DNA of 38,855 nt from an uncultured Clostridia bacterium (GCA_944386665.1 CALXBZ010000115.1:1-38855); one strand, 5' to 3'; counted from the first letter of the stretch, positions 1 through 8,732 are shown. Notes: a model not told the origin generated them from the letters alone. Translations and numbers: made by a program.

Positions 1-77
1 GGACTTACTATCTTATACATTAAACCTCCTAATTTACTCTGATAAAGATTTACTCATATTATACCTCATATCTTTCA
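1..77. repeat. Terminal direct repeat, left copy (circular-assembly overlap)
   Basis: Bases 1-77 are identical to 38779-38855. The RusA-like ORF start lies inside the repeat, and 77 nt is a common assembler k-mer size. Confidence 0.95.
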
Positions 78-280
78 CAATATACTCTCGTAGTCTTACC
101 TTTATCTATAAAATGTAAATACTCATTATTACAATAATTATCATCATACCAATTCTCATTCTTGCAATTATTGCAGTCGCAATATAACGAGTATCTACAT
201 CCTTCTTTAGTATATCTTCTAACAGATTTTGTAGTTGCTAAAAGTTTTATATTTTCAACAATTATTCCTTTATTAATCAT
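59..280 (-). CDS. Hypothetical Cys-containing phage protein
   Basis: 73-aa ORF in the tightly packed leftward operon with a CxCxxC motif. Confidence 0.6.
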   Translation of the reverse strand: MINKGIIVENIKLLATTKSVRRYTKEGCRYSLYCDCNNCKNENWYDDNYCNNEYLHFIDKGKTTRVYCERYEV

Positions 281-449
281 CTACATCTTCCCTACCGTAA
301 CTCTTGTACCAGCCTATTTTTGTTTCTAATTCCTCAATACGTTCTTTCAGGTCAAAATTTTTTCTTTCTTCGATTGTTAGCTTTTCTTCCAATTCATTAA
401 CACGAGCTTCAAGCTCAATTTCTCTTAGAGAAATATTTTTATCTGTCAT
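273..449 (-). CDS. Small coiled-coil hypothetical protein (58 aa, not in ORF track)
   Basis: Manual translation MTDKNISLREIELEARVNELEEKL...YGREDVDD. A GAGGAG RBS lies upstream and the ORF overlaps the next gene's start. Confidence 0.6.
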   Translation of the reverse strand: MTDKNISLREIELEARVNELEEKLTIEERKNFDLKERIEELETKIGWYKSYGREDVDD

Positions 450-532
450 TCCGTACTCCTCTCATAAACTGTTCTTTAGTACCTATACCACAAGTAAAAT
501 ATTCACAAATGGACTTTATATAGTATACATAT

Positions 533-742
533 CTAATATCCTCCCCAAGCTATCTCGTATTTATCCCCTTCTATTAGGGTTAAGGTAAAGTATAAACGCT
601 TAAGTTCTTCTACGTTTTCTTGAAAGGGTATTAAGTATTCTATATAATCTTTACCTTGATAACAAGCTTGTTCTATAGCTACCATTACATTATCCATATT
701 GGCTTTCCTTGCTATCCCTTGTGCTTGTATTCTATCGAGCAT
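533..742 (-). CDS. Hypothetical protein
   Basis: 69-aa ORF directly after the phosphoesterase gene, with a GGAGG RBS. Confidence 0.65.
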   Translation of the reverse strand: MLDRIQAQGIARKANMDNVMVAIEQACYQGKDYIEYLIPFQENVEELKRLYFTLTLIEGDKYEIAWGGY

Positions 743-1456
743 TTAATCCTCCAATAATACACATTTAATCTTACCATCAACTATAGGTATAGGTGTTACC
801 GCAAAACTATCTTTCTCTATATATCCGTATAGAAAACCTTGCTGCCAATTAGGTTCATCTATATACTCAGGGTTTAAATCGCAAAGGCAGAAGCTTTCAA
901 ACCAAGCTAAATATCTTTCAGGTGTTCGATAATAATATACTCCACCTCTATGAGTGTGAGAACTAATACCACTACTGTCGTGCTTTTCAAGTTCTCCTCT
1001 TGCTGTATAACTAGAGAATTTCCTAATCATATCTCCGTGAATTATTTTAAGACTACCTAATTTAAAACCTTTATCTTTATATTCTATAATATAGTTATCT
1101 AGATTTAACAAATTAGGCAACTTTAAAGCATCTAATGAATATAATTCAGGATGTTTCTTTAGATAACGTTCTATCCTATTTTCGTGATTACCTTTAACAA
1201 ATATTATCTTTGCTTTAGGGTTTAAGCTTCTAAGTTTCTTAAAGAACTTCTGGGCCATATCAATTTCTTTTTGTAGGCTATTAATTCTATCAGGGTCTTT
1301 ATCAAAAAAACTTACATCGTAGAAGTCTAAAATATCTCCGTTAAGAATTATTGTATCAACAGGATGATGTTCTAAGAATTTATATACAGCTTTCAAAGCT
1401 TTATCATCGTGGTATGGAAAATGTATATCACTCAGAACTACAAATTTATTTTTCAT
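743..1456 (-). CDS. Calcineurin-like metallophosphoesterase
   Basis: Motifs SDIH, GDILD, GNHE, IIHG and SHTH match the metallophosphoesterase signature. Confidence 0.9.
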   Translation of the reverse strand: MKNKFVVLSDIHFPYHDDKALKAVYKFLEHHPVDTIILNGDILDFYDVSFFDKDPDRINSLQKEIDMAQKFFKKLRSLNPKAKIIFVKGNHENRIERYLKKHPELYSLDALKLPNLLNLDNYIIEYKDKGFKLGSLKIIHGDMIRKFSSYTARGELEKHDSSGISSHTHRGGVYYYRTPERYLAWFESFCLCDLNPEYIDEPNWQQGFLYGYIEKDSFAVTPIPIVDGKIKCVLLED

Positions 1457-1594
1457 TTAATCCCTCCAAGTCTTTAAGTTTAATCCACATAAAATATCCT
1501 GTTGATGTTTTACAGAATGCTTTATCATCTTTAATTCTTTCTATAAGATACCAATAAGATTTATCTTTGGTATAATATTTATTTCCTATCTCCA

Positions 1595-1888
1595 TTATTT
1601 GCCTTTCGCTTTATTAATAATATCAAGGATTTCATCAAGTGTATCATAACGTACTTGCGTTCCGTCTGCAAAAGTATAGGTATCCTCTAAACAATATTTC
1701 TCAATCTCATCAAGTACTTGCTCGTATTTCTCGCATTCTTGCTCTTTGCGTTTGAGTTGTTTGAATATACAGTCTTTACCTTCACAGTCAACTAACCCTT
1801 CTCCGCAACTTTTATAAAGGTTATGCAAATAATATCTACACTTACTCACATTACAACCGTCAATCATTACCTGTTCTTTATCTACCAT
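1595..1888 (-). CDS. Hypothetical Cys-rich/coiled-coil phage protein
   Basis: ORF track gives 1595..1909. An AGGAG RBS favours the internal ATG at 1888 (MVDKEQ). Confidence 0.6.
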   Translation of the reverse strand: MVDKEQVMIDGCNVSKCRYYLHNLYKSCGEGLVDCEGKDCIFKQLKRKEQECEKYEQVLDEIEKYCLEDTYTFADGTQVRYDTLDEILDIINKAKGK

Positions 1889-2039
1889 ACAATCTCCTAT
1901 TAGTTTCATCTATTATATCTTTCCAGTAAGGGTCTATTTCTACTGGATTATAATTAAGACATTTACATCCTCTTATTATTTTACATATACGCTTATGAGT
2001 TATAACTATACAGTTACAGAGGTATTTACATCTTCTCAT
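1878..2039 (-). CDS. Small Cys-rich protein (53 aa, not in ORF track)
   Basis: Translation MRRCKYLCNCIVITHKRICKIIRGCKC...RLYGR. Its ATG overlaps the dnaB stop (ATGA) and it fills the intergenic gap. Confidence 0.5.
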   Translation of the reverse strand: MRRCKYLCNCIVITHKRICKIIRGCKCLNYNPVEIDPYWKDIIDETNRRLYGR

Positions 2040-3352
2040 CGAGGGTTACTCCCTTCTATAAATTCTGTCTTAGCTCCATTAAATAACATTGGTATCATAC
2101 GACAAGTACCTTCTCTATTCTTAGCTATTATTAATTCTGCTTTACCTCTACTCATAGGGCTAGGATTATATACTTCATCTCGATATATAAACATAACCAC
2201 ATCAGCATCTTGTTCTATTGCTCCACTATCTCTAAGGTCCGATAGTATTGGTCGTTTATCTTGTCTCTGTTCTAACTGCCTAGATAGTTGACTTAAACAA
2301 ATAATAGGTACGTTGTATTTGTTAGCTAATTTTTTTAATCCTCTACTATTATCAGATACAACATCAAATCTATCATATACTTTCTTATTATTACTCTCCA
2401 TAAGTTGAAGATAATCTATAACTATCAAATCACAACTTCCTTTTTTATCTATCATATTGTTGATATTCTTTTCTATAGAAGTTAAAGTACATTCACTAGC
2501 ATCATCTATAAATAAGTTTAGTTTAGATAGTTGGCCACTAGCTTCTGCTACTCTATTCATAGCATCCTCCACTGTTACTCCACCATTAGTTAAAACATCA
2601 TTGTTTAATCCTGTCAATCTAAATACACTACGTTTAGTATATTGAGCATATCGCATTTCCAATGAATGAAATAATACATTATGATTTGTAGATACATTCT
2701 CTGCTATCTGTTGAGCTAAACTACTTTTACCCATAGATGGTCTAGCAGCTAAGATATATATTTTTGATTTACATAAACCAGATAAAACATTATCTATCTT
2801 TTTAAATCCTGTAGACAAACCAAATGTTTTAGTTTCAGAATTTAATACAGTATCTATCTCATCCATTACTTCAGTAACACCTGTTAAGATACTTGTTAAA
2901 TTATTATCTGTTTTACTGAGTGATATGATTTCAGCTTGAGATTTTAAACTATCAATAGCATCATCTATGTCTATACCTTTTTCTATATCACTTTTAGTAT
3001 GGTCTATAAGATAAAGTATCTGACGCTTCTTACTATATTTTTTAACAATCTTACATAATTGTTTATAGTTAGATGTAGTTATAACACTATCAGCAAGGAG
3101 GTTTATATATTCCCTCCCGCCAATAGTATTTAGTTGGTTATCAAATTTAAGTTGCTCACTTACACTTACTATATCTATAGGTTTATCTTTCTTATACATA
3201 GTACAAATAGTATCAAAGATAATTCTATTTGCTTCTGTAAAGAAGTCCTTAGTTTCTAGTAATGAAGATATAGACGCAACCTTACTATTGTCTACCAACA
3301 TAATTCCTAATATATTTTCTTCAGCATCTTTATTATATAAATCTTCTATCAT
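2036..3352 (-). CDS. dnaB: Replicative DNA helicase DnaB
   Basis: Walker A AARPSMGKS, Walker B IVIDYLQL, LSQLSR, DLRDSGAIEQDAD and IIAKNREG motifs, plus the N-terminal DnaB domain. Probable start is the ATG at 3352; the ORF track extends to 3370. Confidence 0.97.
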   Translation of the reverse strand: MIEDLYNKDAEENILGIMLVDNSKVASISSLLETKDFFTEANRIIFDTICTMYKKDKPIDIVSVSEQLKFDNQLNTIGGREYINLLADSVITTSNYKQLCKIVKKYSKKRQILYLIDHTKSDIEKGIDIDDAIDSLKSQAEIISLSKTDNNLTSILTGVTEVMDEIDTVLNSETKTFGLSTGFKKIDNVLSGLCKSKIYILAARPSMGKSSLAQQIAENVSTNHNVLFHSLEMRYAQYTKRSVFRLTGLNNDVLTNGGVTVEDAMNRVAEASGQLSKLNLFIDDASECTLTSIEKNINNMIDKKGSCDLIVIDYLQLMESNNKKVYDRFDVVSDNSRGLKKLANKYNVPIICLSQLSRQLEQRQDKRPILSDLRDSGAIEQDADVVMFIYRDEVYNPSPMSRGKAELIIAKNREGTCRMIPMLFNGAKTEFIEGSNPR

Positions 3353-3495
3353 TATTTTATCTCGTAACAATATTCAGAAGTACAGTCAAGTGTTGTATAG
3401 CTATCAAATAAATTGTTTATGTATATTGTACTTGCTACCATAAAAGCTATAGTTAATATTAATATAACATATTCTGGAAATAAATCTTTATTCAT
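3352..3495 (-). CDS. Small single-TM membrane protein (47 aa, not in ORF track)
   Basis: Translation MNKDLFPEYVILILTIAFMVASTIYINN... with a GAGGT RBS. It fills the gap before dnaB. Confidence 0.5.
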   Translation of the reverse strand: MNKDLFPEYVILILTIAFMVASTIYINNLFDSYTTLDCTSEYCYEIK

Positions 3496-3496
3496 A

Positions 3497-4093
3497 TTAC
3501 CTCAATAATAAATTAGGAAATCGTGTCATTAAATATTCTACTTCTGGATTATTTATTCTAAGCTCAACAGGAAGTTCATCAAGATATCTTTGTGCTTGAG
3601 TTGGATTGTCTATATCCCAAACAGATAAACTATTATTGTAGGGGCTGCTAGTAGCCTTAGAATTAATGTTCATTTCATTAACTACTCTTTCATTTACCCA
3701 TCCCTTAGTTATCTTATAATAATGAGATATCCTTTGATATTCTTTTAATCTTTGTCGAGCTATACTTTCACTCTCGGCTCGGACTTCTAAGTTACTTATA
3801 TAATCATACAGAACTTCTACTGCTCTATGGAAATATATATCTCCAAACTGTTGTATAACTCTATCATATTCTCCTTTAGTCAGACGGACTTTACCCAAGT
3901 TGTTACTCTGTTGAACTCCATTCCTATCAAACTTCATTACCCTTGCTCGTTTACAATCAAAGCGTTCTAGTAATAATTGATAAGCCTCCTTAGACTGCTT
4001 CTCCGTAAAGGTTTGGACGTATGCAATAAGCGTTTCTTTTGCAGTTAGTTTAGGTATATTAAGTTTTAATTGTTTCTTAGTAACCATATGCAT
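3497..4093 (-). CDS. Replication-initiator C-terminal-domain-like protein (paralog B)
   Basis: VRLTKGEYDRVIQQFG...LYDY...HYYKI..W resembles the C-terminal domain of phage replisome organisers. It lies upstream of dnaB and is similar to 5437..5979. Confidence 0.5.
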   Translation of the reverse strand: MHMVTKKQLKLNIPKLTAKETLIAYVQTFTEKQSKEAYQLLLERFDCKRARVMKFDRNGVQQSNNLGKVRLTKGEYDRVIQQFGDIYFHRAVEVLYDYISNLEVRAESESIARQRLKEYQRISHYYKITKGWVNERVVNEMNINSKATSSPYNNSLSVWDIDNPTQAQRYLDELPVELRINNPEVEYLMTRFPNLLLR

Positions 4094-4658
4094 TCTTTCT
4101 TAACATTAGATAATATTTATTTATATTCCTAACTCGTTGATTAGTAGATGGATGGGAGATAGTATCTTTATTCCTATCTCTACCCTTTGATATTCTCATT
4201 AAAGCTTTTGATAATGATTGGGGTTTTTTATTTTCATAAAGTAATTGAGTAGCTTTTGCATCCGCTTCATATTCAAACCGATGACGTATCTGTTTAGCTT
4301 CAAGAGGAGTTATACTCTTACCCATAGTCTGTATCTGGTTCATAATTGCTTGACCCTTCTGGCTATGTTGATTAAGTACGTGTCCTAGTTCGTGATATAA
4401 GATGCCTCTCAATTCATCTTTCGGAAAATTATTAGCAAGTGTATTGGATATAGTTATATCATTATTCTTGGTATAAGCTACATTACGAAAGTCATCAACT
4501 ATTCTAACAGAACAATAAGTATTATAATAATTACAAAGAGATATTACTTCATCAATTACTTGTGCTTGTTCAGAAATCGTTGCTGCTTTAGTTGGTGGTA
4601 GCCAAAGTATACTACCTATTAAAAAAATAATACTTAATAATCTATAAATTAATTTCAT
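4077..4658 (-). CDS. Exported M48-family zinc metallopeptidase
   Basis: N-terminal signal peptide, HELGH (HExxH), EYEAD third ligand and SHP motif. Confidence 0.85.
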   Translation of the reverse strand: MKLIYRLLSIIFLIGSILWLPPTKAATISEQAQVIDEVISLCNYYNTYCSVRIVDDFRNVAYTKNNDITISNTLANNFPKDELRGILYHELGHVLNQHSQKGQAIMNQIQTMGKSITPLEAKQIRHRFEYEADAKATQLLYENKKPQSLSKALMRISKGRDRNKDTISHPSTNQRVRNINKYYLMLRKNAYGY

Positions 4659-4663
4659 CTTTA

Positions 4664-4912
4664 CTATTCCTTTTGATTATTATTGTTTAGTGTTTCTTTT
4701 TTCAATTCTTCATTTTCCTTTATTGCTGATTCTACTTGAGCCTTAGCATATTCAAAAGATAAATAAAATACAGCTGTGTCGGGTGGTATTTCTTTGATAT
4801 TATTGTATATGAAAACTTCTTTAAAATAATGTAATATATTATCTTCGTTTTCTATAACTTGAAGTAATAGCTCTGGCTTGTCTTTTAATATTTCCTTTAA
4901 TGCTGTGTTCAT
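4664..4912 (-). CDS. Hypothetical protein
   Basis: 82-aa ORF with an AAGGAG RBS. Confidence 0.65.
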   Translation of the reverse strand: MNTALKEILKDKPELLLQVIENEDNILHYFKEVFIYNNIKEIPPDTAVFYLSFEYAKAQVESAIKENEELKKETLNNNNQKE

Positions 4913-5059
4913 TCTTTCTCCTTTAATATTCTATCTATATAAGTATTAATTCTAGTCATACAATCTTTTTCGATTTATATATTCTATAGTGTGGATTATA
5001 ACTTGTACTTGTTAACCAATATTCTGTAGCTACACCATATAATGTGTTAGGTATTCCCG

Positions 5060-5440
5060 TCATAACATATCCTCTAAATCTTTCGGGTTAATATTGCCAT
5101 AGTTATTATAATACTTAACCCAATCTTCTTTATATATATAATCAGCTTTAACTATACGTTCGTAGTTATATTGATTAGGTTTACTCATTTCTGTATGTCC
5201 AACTACAAAGATTAAATCATTAACATCTAACTCATATAAAGCATAATACATTAGTTGTCCTTTAACAAATACTCTAGTCTTATATTTTTCAGTTGTCCAT
5301 CCATACTTTGCTTTACTATCCCTAAGTAAATGTTTACCCTCACATCTGAGTATAACTAAGGGATATTCTCCTGATGTATAATCTTTTATTTCTATTATCT
5401 TTAAGTGGTGATATTCATTTTGTCCTTGATTTAAAATCAT
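5060..5440 (-). CDS. Putative single-stranded DNA-binding (OB-fold) protein
   Basis: The pattern RVFVKGQL...LDVNDLIFVVG...IVKADYI resembles SSB OB folds, the C-terminus is acidic (LEDML), and the gene sits in the replication module. Confidence 0.5.
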   Translation of the reverse strand: MILNQGQNEYHHLKIIEIKDYTSGEYPLVILRCEGKHLLRDSKAKYGWTTEKYKTRVFVKGQLMYYALYELDVNDLIFVVGHTEMSKPNQYNYERIVKADYIYKEDWVKYYNNYGNINPKDLEDML

Positions 5441-5979
5441 AAGTTAAACTTTTCTTTTAGGTATTTACATCCCTCGTCTATATTCCTTAGATATACTGGA
5501 GTACCTTGTATATATTTTCTTGCATTCTCTATTGTATCTATATCGTGGTAATCTATATTAGTAATAGCTTGGCAAATAGTAGAAGTATAATCGCTTAACT
5601 TTTCTTTCATAGCTAGATTAATTGCCCATTCTTTTAACTTCTTATAGGGATTGTTAATAGGTTTATTAGTTTGTTCTATATACTTATCTAAGATAACACA
5701 AGCAGTAGTTACAACTTCCGCTCCATACTCGTTTAATAAAGCTTGATATTGTTTATTACTTAGAGTGAAGTTATTAAAGTCAATCATATCTTCTAGCTTC
5801 TTAAGTCGGTTAATCTTTTTAGCTTCTTGTTTATCTAATAGTTTTTGTATAGTTCTTTCTTTACTTGAGGTAAGCTCTATTAAATTAAATACATTGGTTA
5901 ACAACACTGTCAGCATATATCTATTTACTAATAATTCATTTACTATATTAAACTTATTATATAAATCTTTATAAGACAA
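5437..5979 (-). CDS. Replication-initiator C-terminal-domain-like protein (paralog A)
   Basis: FTLSNKQYQALLNEYG...LDKYI...PYKKLKEW motif. It aligns by eye with 3497..4093. Confidence 0.5.
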   Translation of the reverse strand: MSYKDLYNKFNIVNELLVNRYMLTVLLTNVFNLIELTSSKERTIQKLLDKQEAKKINRLKKLEDMIDFNNFTLSNKQYQALLNEYGAEVVTTACVILDKYIEQTNKPINNPYKKLKEWAINLAMKEKLSDYTSTICQAITNIDYHDIDTIENARKYIQGTPVYLRNIDEGCKYLKEKFNL

Positions 5980-6256
5980 GTTTTAATCCTCTCAAATATA
6001 TATATCCATCTTGTGTTAAGTCTATCGCCTGATTAACGTCTAATTGATTTAAAGCTTTCCACAATCCTGACTTAGTTTTATACCCGTATTTCTTTTTATC
6101 TTTTTCATAACTATCAATAACTAAGAATAAAGTATTACTATCTTCATCATCTTGTCGCTGATGTTCTTGTAATAACTTAAGATATAATTCTCTATTGCGT
6201 CTACTCCTAAGTATATCAATTAATACATTCATTGGTAATGTTATTTCTTTATACAT
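5969..6256 (-). CDS. Putative winged-helix DNA-binding protein
   Basis: C-terminal TKSGLWKALNQL...AID...GYIYL fits a recognition helix plus wing. AAGGA RBS. Confidence 0.45.
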   Translation of the reverse strand: MYKEITLPMNVLIDILRSRRNRELYLKLLQEHQRQDDEDSNTLFLVIDSYEKDKKKYGYKTKSGLWKALNQLDVNQAIDLTQDGYIYLRGLKLVL

Positions 6257-6442
6257 ATTCGTATCCTTGTTTTTACCGTTCTAGCAAATTTATTAATTCT
6301 TTACCTAACATATGTGGTATTATTACCGTTCGGTAAAAAGAAAATAATACTGGTAGGTTTATTGAGTATACTCTAGTTCCTATCTTATATACCGCCAGTT
6401 CGGTCTTTCTCCCCCACTTCCCCCTCTTAAATCAAAGAGGTA

Positions 6443-6541
6443 TCACAAACCAAACGTTATACCAATCATTAGTATTCCTGTTGCTATCATTCCAATAGCT
6501 AATACTAATAGTAAAGTAGTTCCTAATAATCCGTATATCAT
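6443..6541 (-). CDS. Small hydrophobic membrane peptide (32 aa, not in ORF track)
   Basis: Translation MIYGLLGTTLLLVLAIGMIATGILMIGITFGL, starting just after the previous stop. Confidence 0.55.
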   Translation of the reverse strand: MIYGLLGTTLLLVLAIGMIATGILMIGITFGL

Positions 6542-6544
6542 TTA

Positions 6545-6808
6545 TTATCTACCCTTCATATCTATCATTAATGATGTTACCCAAGCTGTAAGCCCTGATG
6601 CCATTAACAAAGCGTCTGTCTTTATACCTTTTTCCTCTGCTCTTTGTAATATCATAGCAAATAAATCTAATCGTTTATCTATTTCTTCTTCTACATTCAT
6701 TGGTGGTTTTTGTTGTTGTTGAAACTGTTGATTGTTATTAAAGTTTCGTTGGTATTGATTACCTCCCCCAAAATTATTGTTGTTAAAATTCTGTCTAGAA
6801 AATGCCAT
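6545..6808 (-). CDS. Hypothetical protein with N/Q/G-rich low-complexity N-terminus
   Basis: 87-aa ORF with an AAGGAGG RBS. Confidence 0.7.
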   Translation of the reverse strand: MAFSRQNFNNNNFGGGNQYQRNFNNNQQFQQQQKPPMNVEEEIDKRLDLFAMILQRAEEKGIKTDALLMASGLTAWVTSLMIDMKGR

Positions 6809-7499
6809 AAGTAAAATCCTCCTTTAGTTTTGATTGTAATTTTCTACGTAACTTTTTAATACTAGCTCTTATCATTGCTGAACATCTTGCATTACTTATA
6901 TTAAGTTCTTTAGCAATCTGTATTACTTGTTTATTATTATCTAGATATCTTTCTCGTATAGCCTTCTGCGCTATTGGCCTAATAAATTGTAAAAGATATT
7001 CTATTAATGTAATCATTCTTTTAGTATCAATTGTCGTATCCATATTTGTATAAGTAGGCAATGCATTATTTAATTCATACTCGTCAACATCTACTGTTTC
7101 AGCATAATAATCCATATTCATTAATACTTCTGTTCGGTTTCCCATACCCTTATCTTTTAAGTATGCTTTAATTTCATCGGTAGTATTATACAATCTTTTA
7201 GCTTGATAATAATGTGATATATAGTCCGTTATATATCTTGGTATAGTTATCATATTACGTTGTAAGTTTTGTTCTTCTCTTAATCGTCTTGTTAATATCT
7301 TTTGAATATATAGAACACTTTTCTCGGCGATATTGATATTCTTTTTCTTGAGTTTTAAAATAGTTTCATATCCTGCTTGGACTAAATCATCAACATCAAG
7401 TCTATAATCATCCTTTTTTATTTTCAAAGCTACCTTATATATTAATGGTTTATATTTTTTGATGAGTTCCTCATCATTGAATTTTTGTAAGTAGTTCAT
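6795..7499 (-). CDS. Phage-encoded sigma70-family RNA polymerase sigma factor
   Basis: Region 2 (LIKKYKPLIYKVA...DDLVQAG), ITIPR motif and region 4 HTH (QIAKELNISNARCSAMIRASIKKLR). Confidence 0.85.
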   Translation of the reverse strand: MNYLQKFNDEELIKKYKPLIYKVALKIKKDDYRLDVDDLVQAGYETILKLKKKNINIAEKSVLYIQKILTRRLREEQNLQRNMITIPRYITDYISHYYQAKRLYNTTDEIKAYLKDKGMGNRTEVLMNMDYYAETVDVDEYELNNALPTYTNMDTTIDTKRMITLIEYLLQFIRPIAQKAIRERYLDNNKQVIQIAKELNISNARCSAMIRASIKKLRRKLQSKLKEDFTYGIF

Positions 7500-7680
7500 C
7501 TAATACCTCTGCCCGTTTAATTAATCCATAATATAATGGACTTCTATACATACCATATAATGTAATATCAATATCAAGTAAAGTTCGTACAACTTTCAAT
7601 TCTTTTTGTATTAATTTCCGTAATATCTTTTTATCTTGTCCATTAATATATGTTTTATTATTCATCTTCAAACCCGCCAT
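7474..7680 (-). CDS. Hypothetical protein
   Basis: ORF in the leftward operon that overlaps its neighbours. Confidence 0.55.
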   Translation of the reverse strand: MAGLKMNNKTYINGQDKKILRKLIQKELKVVRTLLDIDITLYGMYRSPLYYGLIKRAEVLDELLTKIQ

Positions 7681-7843
7681 ATTCTATATAGTTTATAAAT
7701 TGTTTAGTTGATATTCTACCTTCTGATAAGAAGTCTATTAAATCTTCTCGATTTATATCACCATTATCTATATGGAATTTAATTTCATCATCATAGTTAT
7801 ACGGGTCTAATCTACAATTGTAATCCATTTGGTCTATATTCAT
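7658..7843 (-). CDS. Hypothetical acidic protein
   Basis: The ORF-track start at 7876 lies within the promoter. A GAAAGGA RBS supports the ATG at 7843 (MNIDQMDY). Confidence 0.65.
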   Translation of the reverse strand: MNIDQMDYNCRLDPYNYDDEIKFHIDNGDINREDLIDFLSEGRISTKQFINYIEYGGFEDE

Positions 7844-7864
7844 AATTAAATCCTTTCTATTTAT

Positions 7865-7893
7865 ATCATACCACATATTTTACACGATGTCAA
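7865..7893 (-). promoter_or_regulatory. Sigma70-type promoter for the sigma-factor/replication operon
   Basis: Minus strand TTGACA-N17-TATGAT with an extended -10 TG. Confidence 0.85.
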
Positions 7894-7911
7894 TAGATTT
7901 ATTTCACATAT

Positions 7912-7929
7912 TTTACATTACTTTACAAT
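7912..7929. promoter_or_regulatory. HLR1-like tandem box (OmpR-family regulator site)
   Basis: TTTACATT-AC-TTTACAAT matches the consensus (G/T)TTACA(T/A)(T/A)-N2-(G/T)TTACA(T/A)(T/A). Confidence 0.55.
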
Positions 7930-8171
7930 TAGAATTCTTGAATAACTCTATTATAAAATGGGAATATTAAATCATCATCTAATATTTTAGGGTTGTAATA
8001 TTCTATAACAATTCCGTCTGATACTGTCAATGTATTCGTTTCTGGATTATAATCATAAGTTGTTAATCCATCACGTACAATCCCTTGTATAAGTATAGCT
8101 TTACAGGCTAATTGATGTGCCTTAAAATTGTTTCCTGAATGTTTATTAATTTTACATCTATCATTTTTCAT
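7929..8171 (-). CDS. Hypothetical early protein
   Basis: 80-aa ORF with an AAGGA RBS. Confidence 0.65.
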   Translation of the reverse strand: MKNDRCKINKHSGNNFKAHQLACKAILIQGIVRDGLTTYDYNPETNTLTVSDGIVIEYYNPKILDDDLIFPFYNRVIQEF

Positions 8172-8174
8172 AAT

Positions 8175-8393
8175 TTAATCCTTTACATATTCTAATTGAT
8201 AACAATCTTCTAGATAATTAGATAAGAAAAACATTATTGTTTTATTATCAGCTAGATGTAATTCATAGTTTTTACATCCCCATAAGTTTAGTAAAGTTTC
8301 TACATATTGACAAGAATATTCACCATCAATCGTAATAAATCCGTACTTATCTGTAAAGCATAGCCATAAATAATAATCGTGTTGCATATTCAA
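8175..8393 (-). CDS. Hypothetical early protein
   Basis: 72-aa ORF with an AAGGAG RBS. Confidence 0.55.
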   Translation of the reverse strand: MNMQHDYYLWLCFTDKYGFITIDGEYSCQYVETLLNLWGCKNYELHLADNKTIMFFLSNYLEDCYQLEYVKD

Positions 8394-8730
8394 TTACTCC
8401 TTTCTCTTTATAAGTTTCTATTAACGGTAAGGCATAACGTATAGCTTTCACATATTCTTTTCTTATATTTTCTCTATGTTTATAAGTGCAACCCCAATCT
8501 AACACTTTGCTATATTCTTTTACTGGTTTAGTGTTTACTCCTAAATTAACTAGAGTTTTGTATAGGTCATAGTCATAACAATCAAGATATCCATATTGAT
8601 ATATTGTTTGGGCTACATTGATGCCAAACACTTTTTTGTAATGTCTTACTTCATCAATTCCCATACGTTCAACTATATACTTCGCAAATTGTAATCTTAC
8701 TTTAAAATTCTTTGTTGTTACTGTACTCAT
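8347..8730 (-). CDS. Hypothetical early protein
   Basis: 127-aa ORF with a GAGGAGG RBS. Confidence 0.7.
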   Translation of the reverse strand: MSTVTTKNFKVRLQFAKYIVERMGIDEVRHYKKVFGINVAQTIYQYGYLDCYDYDLYKTLVNLGVNTKPVKEYSKVLDWGCTYKHRENIRKEYVKAIRYALPLIETYKEKGVIEYATRLLFMAMLYR

Positions 8731-8732
8731 AT

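Noticed and set aside
1-77. 77-bp end repeat as a biological direct terminal repeat
   Set aside because: The length equals a common assembly k-mer and the repeat falls mid-operon, so it most likely reflects circular assembly rather than the physical ends.
304-588. Plus-strand ORFs in the leftward arm (304..588, 1351..1557, 1995..2291, 2457..2645, 5765..5974, 38254..38544)
   Set aside because: They are antisense shadows of better-supported genes and show no recognisable motifs.
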